Shown one piece after another: positions 25,760 through 32,761 of a stretch of 35,260 bases of DNA. Every line of letters begins with the position of its first letter. Position 1 is the first letter of the stretch. Origin of the DNA: an uncultured Candidatus Saccharibacteria bacterium. Its GTDB lineage: Bacteria; Patescibacteriota; Minisyncoccia; UBA6257; 2-01-FULL-56-20. Location of the stretch: positions 1 through 35,260 of the forward strand of contig CAZELH010000003.1 in NCBI GenBank assembly GCA_964513095.1. Direction: 5' to 3'. Below the pieces are notes generated by a model. That model was not told where the DNA came from and did no database searches. It worked only from the letters and a program-made list of their open reading frames with translations. The translations under genes and the position numbers were made by a program.

Positions 25760-25768
25760 GAAGGTACT

Positions 25769-26791
25769 ATGATATTGTCACGTGCCCCGATGCGAATTAG
25801 TTTTGTGGGTGGGGGAACCGATTTACCTTCGTTTTATCACAAACATCCCGGAAAAGTAATATCGACTGCTATCGATAAGTTTGTATACATCGCAATCAAT
25901 AGAACGCCACTGGTAAAAAAGGTATCGGCGCGCTATTCGATTTCTGAAACAGTAGATCATCCTGCAAAATTACAAAACACGCGCATAAAGGCCGCTCTCT
26001 ATGACATGGGCATTACCAACGGTCTTGAAATTGGATCATTTGCGCCACTGCCAACAAAAACCGGATTGGGTTCATCGTCAAGTTTTTCTGTCGCGCTTAT
26101 TAAAGCCCTTCATGCGTATCAGGGAAAAAAAATAAGCACCAGAGACGTCGCGGAAGCTGCCAGTAGGCTTGAGATAGATTTGGTAGGAGAGCCAATAGGA
26201 AAACAAGATCAATACGCAGCCGCTTTTGGTGGGTTTAACGTCATAACATTTAATCCAGACGACACGGTATCGGTCGAGCCAGTCTTAATTGATTTTCAGA
26301 CCAGGCTCGGACTTGAAGATCATATGTCCTTATTTTTTACGGGAATTACCAGAGACGCCGCAAGTGTCTTAACGGAGCAGAAAGCAAACATCGACAAAAA
26401 GTTTGAAACTTTAAAAGCAATGGCTCATTCGGTAGATGAATTTAAAACGCGATTACTGTCCGCTGATTTTCATGGCTTAGGGGTCATGTTGCAAAACGCA
26501 TGGGAGATGAAAAAAACACTCGCTTCTAACGTTTCGTCAACGCTGATTGATGACTTATATCAAGCGGGTATGCAAGCGGGAGCATGGGGAGGAAAAATCT
26601 TAGGAGCCGGCGGAGGAGGGTGCATACTTTTTTTATCACCGATTGAAAAAAAATCGGCAATACGAGACGCAATGATGGAAATGGCGAGGGTAAATCAAGC
26701 GGAAGGATTTGTAGAAATTCCAATAAAATTAGTGCAATCGGGAGCAGAAATTATTTTTAACGGAGATCAACAGCATACCAATTTCTCTTAA
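25769..26791 (+). CDS. hddA: GHMP-family sugar kinase, D-glycero-alpha-D-manno-heptose-7-phosphate kinase type
   Basis: The N-terminus SRAPMRISFVGGGTDLPSFY is typical of HddA-like kinases. The GHMP motif is PTKTGLGSSSSFSVALIKAL, and GAGGGGCILF follows. It is clustered with gmhA, hddC and gmhB. Confidence 0.8.
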   Translation: MILSRAPMRISFVGGGTDLPSFYHKHPGKVISTAIDKFVYIAINRTPLVKKVSARYSISETVDHPAKLQNTRIKAALYDMGITNGLEIGSFAPLPTKTGLGSSSSFSVALIKALHAYQGKKISTRDVAEAASRLEIDLVGEPIGKQDQYAAAFGGFNVITFNPDDTVSVEPVLIDFQTRLGLEDHMSLFFTGITRDAASVLTEQKANIDKKFETLKAMAHSVDEFKTRLLSADFHGLGVMLQNAWEMKKTLASNVSSTLIDDLYQAGMQAGAWGGKILGAGGGGCILFLSPIEKKSAIRDAMMEMARVNQAEGFVEIPIKLVQSGAEIIFNGDQQHTNFS

Positions 26792-26797
26792 ACGATT

Positions 26798-27403
26798 ATG
26801 ATGGAAAAATATATACAACAATTTTCAGATAAATCGATAGAGGCAATTCGCGCGCTTCCACAAAAAGAAATCGCAAAAGCCTTAAATATCTTGCAGGCAA
26901 CATTTGAGCAGGATGGCCGAGTGTACGCATTTGGTAATGGGGGATCGCTGGCATTGGCGACTCACTGGGTAAGTGATTTTAACAAAACAGTCTTTAGTCA
27001 TAATCTCGACAAGCATACAAAACGGTTTCAAGCGATCCGTGTCCCAACCACCGATGAAGAAATAACCGCATGGGGAAATGATGTAGGGTTTGATATGATT
27101 TTTGCCGGCCCATTACAGAATTACCTCCAAGACGCAGACTGCGTCATCGCCATATCGAGTTCAGGAAATTCCGCCAATATTATAAAAGCAGTTGAATTAG
27201 CAAAATCTCGCCATGTCCCCGTGATCGGAGTGTCTGGTTTTGACGGTGGCAAACTCGCCCAACTTGCTGATGCGAAAATCGTTGTGACGACGGAAAAAGG
27301 AGAGTATGAGTTAGTAGAAGGCGTGCACGATGTGGTAATGCATATGATGACAAAGTATTTTAAGAATTATTTCGATGAGTTGGTAATTCGAAGTGGAAAA
27401 TAA
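26798..27403 (+). CDS. gmhA: Phosphoheptose (sedoheptulose-7-phosphate) isomerase, SIS domain
   Basis: FGNGGSLALATHWVSDF, AISSSGNSANIIKAVELAKSRHVPVIGVSGFDGGKL. Confidence 0.85.
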   Translation: MMEKYIQQFSDKSIEAIRALPQKEIAKALNILQATFEQDGRVYAFGNGGSLALATHWVSDFNKTVFSHNLDKHTKRFQAIRVPTTDEEITAWGNDVGFDMIFAGPLQNYLQDADCVIAISSSGNSANIIKAVELAKSRHVPVIGVSGFDGGKLAQLADAKIVVTTEKGEYELVEGVHDVVMHMMTKYFKNYFDELVIRSGK

Positions 27404-27407
27404 ATCG

Positions 27408-28184
27408 ATGGCACAAAAAGAGTATAGAAACTATACGGTTCTTATCTTGGGGGCAGGAATGGGCACGCGGTTGCGCCCCATAACCAACACGATTCCCAAA
27501 GTAATGGTAGAGATTGCCCCAGGAAAGCCACTCCTTCAGCACACGATAGAGTTACTGCGGGATCAGGGGTTTTTCAATTTTATCATCAACCTTCATTATC
27601 TCCCCGAAAAAATTATTGAATACTTTGGCACTGGTGAAAAATTCGGAGTATCAATTACCTACAGCGATGAATCAGAACGGTTGATGGATACCGCGGGAGC
27701 AATAAAAAAAGTAGAAGATTTGTTGAGCGACACTTTCGTATTTATGTACGGAGACGAATTATTTAATTTAGATTTCCGACCGCTAGTAACAATCCATGAA
27801 AAAAATGAAGGATTAGCAACGATTGTATTGAAAAGAGGTGATCACCCACAAAATGGTGATTTATTAAGAATCGAAACAAAAACGGGCAAAATAAAGGAGA
27901 TGATACCAAGACCTCACGAAATCAATGATTTTTTTGATGATGATTTATACCTTAATTCCGGACTATACGTATTATCTAAGAAAATAGTAGATTTTATTCC
28001 TGCCGATACTGCTGTACATCTTGATAAAGAAGTGATGCCTAGTATATATAAAAAAGGTTTTTCTCTATTTGCTATTCCCGCAGAAGGTGAAATTCTTGAC
28101 ATTGGAACACCGGAAAAGTATGCTTTCGCCAGAAACTGGTATCAGGACTATGAGTCAAAAAAAGGAGATGGGTATGAAAAATAA
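27408..28184 (+). CDS. hddC: Sugar-1-phosphate nucleotidyltransferase, D-glycero-alpha-D-manno-heptose-1-phosphate guanylyltransferase type
   Basis: The NTP_transferase motif is VLILGAGMGTRLRPITNTIPKVMVEI. Context is between gmhA and gmhB. The ATG at 27408 is preferred over the GTG at 27393. Confidence 0.75.
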   Translation: MAQKEYRNYTVLILGAGMGTRLRPITNTIPKVMVEIAPGKPLLQHTIELLRDQGFFNFIINLHYLPEKIIEYFGTGEKFGVSITYSDESERLMDTAGAIKKVEDLLSDTFVFMYGDELFNLDFRPLVTIHEKNEGLATIVLKRGDHPQNGDLLRIETKTGKIKEMIPRPHEINDFFDDDLYLNSGLYVLSKKIVDFIPADTAVHLDKEVMPSIYKKGFSLFAIPAEGEILDIGTPEKYAFARNWYQDYESKKGDGYEK

Positions 28185-28701
28185 AGCAATTGTTCTTGAT
28201 AGAGACGGAGTTATTTTTGCGGGAACACCTCGAGGCGTGTATCTTCTTAAAGTCGAAGATATAAAAATCGTTCAAGGAATTGTTGAGTTGATGGAAAGAG
28301 CCAAGAAAGCCGGATATAAAATACTGGTTGCGACAAATCAAGCGGCAGTCGCCAGAGGATTTTTGTCGATAGAAGAATTAAAGAGGATGCATGAATATAT
28401 GGACACCGCAACTAATAATTGTATCGATAAAGTGTACATTTGTATTCATGGAAAGGATGATGGATGTGAATGTCGCAAACCACGCCCCGGAATGTTGTTG
28501 CAAGCCGCGCAGGAGTTTGACTTAGATATCGCAAACTCATTTTTTATCGGCGATAGTAAGACCGATATACAAGCGGGACGGGCAGGTGGATTTACAACGA
28601 TATTCGTCGATAACGAATTTAATGCTGGCGAAGGAGATGAGTGCAATCCGCATCATCGAGTGGATAGTATCTCCAGTATTGTTGCCATCCTCGGTATATA
28701 A
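28174..28701 (+). CDS. gmhB: D,D-heptose 1,7-bisphosphate phosphatase (HAD-IIIA)
   Basis: AIVLDRDGVI, ATNQ, the Zn-finger-like CIHGKDDGCECRKPRPGM, and IGDSKTDIQAGRAGG. AAAGGAG lies 6 nt upstream of the ATG at 28174. It overlaps hddC by 11 nt. Confidence 0.8.
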   Translation: MKNKAIVLDRDGVIFAGTPRGVYLLKVEDIKIVQGIVELMERAKKAGYKILVATNQAAVARGFLSIEELKRMHEYMDTATNNCIDKVYICIHGKDDGCECRKPRPGMLLQAAQEFDLDIANSFFIGDSKTDIQAGRAGGFTTIFVDNEFNAGEGDECNPHHRVDSISSIVAILGI

Positions 28702-28721
28702 GAATGTATGATAAGAGTAAT

Positions 28722-28755
28722 AAAAAATAGCCCACCTTATTTATAAGGTGGGCTA
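28722..28755 (-). terminator. Rho-independent terminator of the HIT-family gene, at a convergent junction
   Basis: Perfect 13-nt inverted repeat: TAGCCCACCTTAT (28728-28740) and ATAAGGTGGGCTA (28743-28755). On the minus strand it is followed by TTTTTT (28722-28727). On the + strand it is followed by AAAAAG. Confidence 0.75.
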
Positions 28756-28801
28756 AAAAGTGTAAAAACACAAATTTCAAATCGAGGCAACAACTAACCA
28801 A

Positions 28802-29623
28802 TCAACTTTTCAAACGAAAATACGTATCTTCATGTGTCCAGCTCAGTGCATATGGAGCCCCTTCAGTTGGCGGGATATCCTCGGTAATTCCTTGATTGTT
28901 CAATTTGGGAACGTAGGTACCATACAAAAAATCACCGTTACCGTTGATTCGAACCGATACTCTATACTGCGGAGGCATTCCTTGATTGCTAATAAATTTT
29001 TGAGCATACAAGGAAATGACTTCTGATATCAGTTCGGGCAGGTAATCCAAGCCATTGGGTGAAGGATGGGCGGTGGGAAAAAAATATATCTGACCGGTAT
29101 TGACACCATCGACGGTAACTTTAATCTGCTTAGTTTGGATTACAGTCAAATGGGTTTCAGTTGCGAGAAGATTTTTTTGAAAGAGCACTGGCTCTAAACA
29201 ATGAAAATGAAGATGAGGTTCATTTTGACCAGCAAGAGGACCTTGGTGAACCCCATAAAACATATCAGTACGATGAGATTGAATAATCGATTTTGTCATC
29301 GCAAGAGAATCCCGAATCCCAGCGATTCCATTGAGCGTATAGCCAATACTCTTGGGTAAGCAAGATTTTGGAATAATGACATAATGGTTCGCAAACGGGC
29401 TGAATTTGTTATGGAAAACCCTCCAACCCTCCAATGCTAAATCGGGAACTTCGTCCTGTGTCCTTTTTACAAACACGCAAGTTTCTGGTTGATCAGCGTT
29501 TTCTGGAAAATCAACTTGCCAAAAGCGGTCGAGTTTTTTTTCAGGAATCCCTTTTCTTGTTCCACCAGAAATTATTGTTGCTATGTTGCCAGGCGTTTGA
29601 GAAATTATACCCAGTTCTCCCAT
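28802..29623 (-). CDS. HIT-superfamily nucleotidyl-transferase/phosphorylase-like protein (GalT / Ap4A-phosphorylase branch-like)
   Basis: 273 aa from the ATG at 29623, preceded by AAGGAGG with a 9-nt spacer. It has WRVFHNKFSPFANHYVIIPK and the histidine triad AGQNEPHLHFHCL (29201-29215). The C-terminal half has no His motif. Confidence 0.6.
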   Translation of the reverse strand: MGELGIISQTPGNIATIISGGTRKGIPEKKLDRFWQVDFPENADQPETCVFVKRTQDEVPDLALEGWRVFHNKFSPFANHYVIIPKSCLPKSIGYTLNGIAGIRDSLAMTKSIIQSHRTDMFYGVHQGPLAGQNEPHLHFHCLEPVLFQKNLLATETHLTVIQTKQIKVTVDGVNTGQIYFFPTAHPSPNGLDYLPELISEVISLYAQKFISNQGMPPQYRVSVRINGNGDFLYGTYVPKLNNQGITEDIPPTEGAPYALSWTHEDTYFRLKS

Positions 29624-29722
29624 AAAATTGAACCTCCTTAAGATTCGTGTTGGTGATTGAGAGGTGAAAGTTTGTTGATTTTCAAACAGAGCCGGTTGAG
29701 TAACCAGCGAAAAGCTAGCCGT

Positions 29723-29752
29723 AAAATACCAGAAAGGATACCACTCTGTCAA
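29723..29752 (-). promoter_or_regulatory. Candidate promoter of the HIT-family gene (TTGACA-18 nt-TATTTT)
   Basis: Minus-strand read: consensus TTGACA (29747-29752), 18-nt spacer, TATTTT (29723-29728). The leader is about 95 nt and ends in AAGGAGG. Confidence 0.3.
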
Positions 29753-29772
29753 ATAACAAACAGTGCAATGTA

Positions 29773-31236
29773 TTAGGTTATCCCTTTTCGCAGGAATCCA
29801 AATGTCTCAAAAATCGTTTTTTCTTTGCATGCCAGCAATACCAAGAAATATGCGCCTGAAGCAATGACAATAGTCGCAACGACATGAAGCGAAAAATGGG
29901 TACAAGCCAAGATGACAATTCCCATGACAAATCCCGAAATAAAGATATTGCGCGCTCCCGAAAATATTGTTCGCCATGTATTTTTTTTCAACAGGTACAT
30001 CATTAATATCCAATTGAGGGTAAGGTTGATAAGCGTGGACATTGCTGATCCGTTGATGCCAAAGCGAGGAATAAGGATGAGATTTAAGGTGAAATTTCCA
30101 ATAAAAGAAAACAGAGCAGTGTAGAGGAGTGTCTGTTCTCGTCGAGTAGCAAACAGAGCATTGCTCATGCTGATGCCAAAAAAGATGGGAACGTACGTAA
30201 GATTCAAAATGAGGAAACTCATAATGCCAGCATCATATTTAGTCCCATACAAAAATTGCATAATTGGTCCCGACAGTAACACGCCACCAATGGTAAAGGG
30301 AACAGAAAGAAGGGTGAGTATTGAAAATGATTTTTGTAAAATAAACGAAAACCGTTTCGGATCTTCAAAAGCACGAACAAGTTGTGGGAAAAAAGCGGTG
30401 GCAATAGGGGCGGGTAAAATATAGACCAACTGAACGATGCGATTGGCGGCACTGTAAATGCCGACTTCTTCCAGTGATCGGTACCAGCCAATCATAATCA
30501 TATCGGTGTTGATAAGCAGGGAGCCCAGTAAACTCATCACTCCCAATGACCAACTGCGGGCAAGGATTGAGCGAACTAATCCAAGTGAAAATTTCGCTCG
30601 AAAATTTCTAAAGTACGCGGTAAAAGGGGTAAAGGCGAGCACCATGCCAACGCCAGTACCAATGGCATACCCTAAAGCCAGCGATTGTTCGGTGGATGAA
30701 ATCTTCAGAGCGACAAATCCAGCCACAACAATGAGAGTGTTGGTAGCTATTTGAATAACCGCCTCAACTTCCATTTTTTCAAAACCGCGAGAAAGCGCGG
30801 CTCCAAAGTCGCGCAAACTATCGAACCCAACAATCAAAGCCATCAGCGGAAGGAGGTTTAAAATTTTATCTTCATGAACGAAATAAGGGGCGATAAAAAA
30901 TACTCCCAAAAGTACAAAAACCAAAAAGACGGATTTTATCGCAAGAGCGGTGACAAAGTATGAATCACGACGGTGAGCGTTTTCACCCGAAGACTCGCGA
31001 GTAATAAGTCCGTTAATACCAAAATCAATAAAGATAGTAAAAAGCGCCGCAAGGCTCAAGGTATACGAAAACGCGCCCCACCCAGCCGCCCCTAAAACGC
31101 GCGCCGCATAAATAATAATGAGTGATTTTATAAAACGGGAAACCATATTGCCCCAAAACAACCAAAAAGAATTTTTGAGTATTGTCTGACCGGTTGTTTG
31201 GTTTTTAAAAAAGAATCGTAAAATATTTTTCCACAT
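29773..31236 (-). CDS. wzx: Wzx-type oligosaccharide flippase (MOP/polysaccharide biosynthesis protein family)
   Basis: 487 aa from the ATG at 31236, with about 12-14 TM helices. The N-terminal pattern NSFWLFWGNMVSRFIKSLIIIYAARVLG is typical of Polysacc_synt proteins. The track start at 31344 is TTG and overlaps the upstream gene. Confidence 0.8.
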   Translation of the reverse strand: MWKNILRFFFKNQTTGQTILKNSFWLFWGNMVSRFIKSLIIIYAARVLGAAGWGAFSYTLSLAALFTIFIDFGINGLITRESSGENAHRRDSYFVTALAIKSVFLVFVLLGVFFIAPYFVHEDKILNLLPLMALIVGFDSLRDFGAALSRGFEKMEVEAVIQIATNTLIVVAGFVALKISSTEQSLALGYAIGTGVGMVLAFTPFTAYFRNFRAKFSLGLVRSILARSWSLGVMSLLGSLLINTDMIMIGWYRSLEEVGIYSAANRIVQLVYILPAPIATAFFPQLVRAFEDPKRFSFILQKSFSILTLLSVPFTIGGVLLSGPIMQFLYGTKYDAGIMSFLILNLTYVPIFFGISMSNALFATRREQTLLYTALFSFIGNFTLNLILIPRFGINGSAMSTLINLTLNWILMMYLLKKNTWRTIFSGARNIFISGFVMGIVILACTHFSLHVVATIVIASGAYFLVLLACKEKTIFETFGFLRKGIT

Positions 31237-31291
31237 AAGATGATAGTAGGGGGGGTGGGTACACAGACGGGAGTAGGGGTGCGAATACAAA

Positions 31292-32620
31292 CTACATATT
31301 AATAAAAAATGAGCGTATGGTGCGAATGAGAATCGCGATATCAAACAAGAATGAACGATGTTCTATATAGTAAAGATCATACTGCAGTTTTGTTTTTACA
31401 TCTTCGATCGTTTGATCCTTCTTGAAATTAATCTGCGCCCATCCGGTAATCCCCGGAGTGACCATGTGGCGCATATGATAAAACGGCACCTGTGGCGCAA
31501 TGTTCTCTATTATTTCCGGACGTTCAGGACGGGGCCCCACAAACGCAACCTCACCGCGCAAAACGTTAAAGAGTTGGGGTAACTCATCGAGATGAGTATA
31601 TCGCAACAGCTTTCCAATCGCAGTCACTCTTGGGTCATTGGCACCACTTGACCATTGTGCGCCATTTTTTTCCGCGTCAACACGCATAGTGCGAAATTTG
31701 TATAATCGAAATACGCGGTTGTGCTTTCCCATCCGCAACTGACTATAAAACACAGGACCAGGAGAAGTGATAAATATGAGTATCGCCAGTAAAATTTCCA
31801 GAGGAAAAACAATGATCTGGAGGAGAAAAGCGCCACAGAGTTCAACCCCCCGTTTGAATTGATCGTATAGCGTAGGACTGCTGAAAGCGACATCAAAAAA
31901 CCATGCGGGAGTAACACTCGCCAGAGGAATCTGCCGTAAAATATGTTCGTAAAAAACAATTTCACTATGGACTTCAACCCCGCGCACTACCGCATCGGTG
32001 AGTGTGTGCGCAAGAGAAGTGTTGGCGGCCAAATTTTCAGGGATGACAACCACTGCCACCTGATGCGTTAACAGGAGCTGGCGGAGGTGGTCTGATTCAA
32101 GGGGAGTGGTGATGTGTGAGGCGAGGGTGTATCCAAGGTGGGGATTTTCAGTAATAAAATCTGCCAGCGCGAACGTGGTTTTGGTAGCTCCTAAAATAAG
32201 AACAGGGAGTTTTATTGCACGGTGAGTAACAAATCGATTAAAGCCTCGTCGCCAGAATGCTTCAATGAGGAAAAAAGCGATGACGAATCCCAAGAGGGTG
32301 GTTTTTGGCGCGATGCCAAAAGAGGGGAATGCGTAAAAAAAACCAATCGCAAAAAAGACATTGATAAAAATGGAAACAAAGAGGGAAGAAAAAAAATCAA
32401 CGCTATTGCGCATCCGATGAACATCATAGAGTCCAGCAATATAAAAAACCAACAACCAAAAGCAAAAAATGATGGTAAATGGTGGCAGGTGAGTGGCAAG
32501 GATATCAGAAGACAGATGTCCACCGGATCGCAAAAGGAGAGTCACAAAAAGACTGAGGTATAAGAAAAAAATATCTCCTAAAAAAACCGCAAGCGCTTTT
32601 GTTTTGAGCTGAACGTTCAT
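31292..32620 (-). CDS. Polyprenyl-phosphate sugar-1-phosphate transferase (WbaP/Bac_transf family, initiating enzyme)
   Basis: 442 aa from the ATG at 32620. It has N-terminal TM helices and a central Rossmann-like region. The C-terminal Bac_transf core has GPVFYSQLRMGKHNRVFRLYKFRTM, LDELPQLFNVLRGEVAFVGPRP and PGITGWAQI. Confidence 0.85.
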   Translation of the reverse strand: MNVQLKTKALAVFLGDIFFLYLSLFVTLLLRSGGHLSSDILATHLPPFTIIFCFWLLVFYIAGLYDVHRMRNSVDFFSSLFVSIFINVFFAIGFFYAFPSFGIAPKTTLLGFVIAFFLIEAFWRRGFNRFVTHRAIKLPVLILGATKTTFALADFITENPHLGYTLASHITTPLESDHLRQLLLTHQVAVVVIPENLAANTSLAHTLTDAVVRGVEVHSEIVFYEHILRQIPLASVTPAWFFDVAFSSPTLYDQFKRGVELCGAFLLQIIVFPLEILLAILIFITSPGPVFYSQLRMGKHNRVFRLYKFRTMRVDAEKNGAQWSSGANDPRVTAIGKLLRYTHLDELPQLFNVLRGEVAFVGPRPERPEIIENIAPQVPFYHMRHMVTPGITGWAQINFKKDQTIEDVKTKLQYDLYYIEHRSFLFDIAILIRTIRSFFINM

Positions 32621-32743
32621 AGGTACAAGTATTGACGATATACCGAATAATATATACGATATGGCGCAAAAATTCAATCCGAATGGCAAAAAAAGAACAA
32701 TGGGTTGGGGTGCGAGGGTTCTTTATTTTCAAACTAGGAAAAA

Positions 32744-32755
32744 TGGTAGTATAGT
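32744..32755 (+). promoter_or_regulatory. Extended -10 region (TGgTAGTATAGT), 6-9 nt upstream of the ATG at 32762
   Basis: TG (32744-32745), then the overlapping hexamers TAGTAT and TATAGT (32747-32755). A weak TTCAAA lies 16 nt upstream. There is no SD before the ATG. Confidence 0.3.
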
Positions 32756-32761
32756 GTATAT

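Noticed and set aside
29624-29722. Possible SD-sequestering structure in the leader of about 95 nt of the HIT gene, with ACCTC pairing to GAGGT of the SD.
   Set aside because: The complementarity is only 5 bp across a loop of about 25 nt, which is easily found by chance. I recognise no riboswitch-like conserved core.
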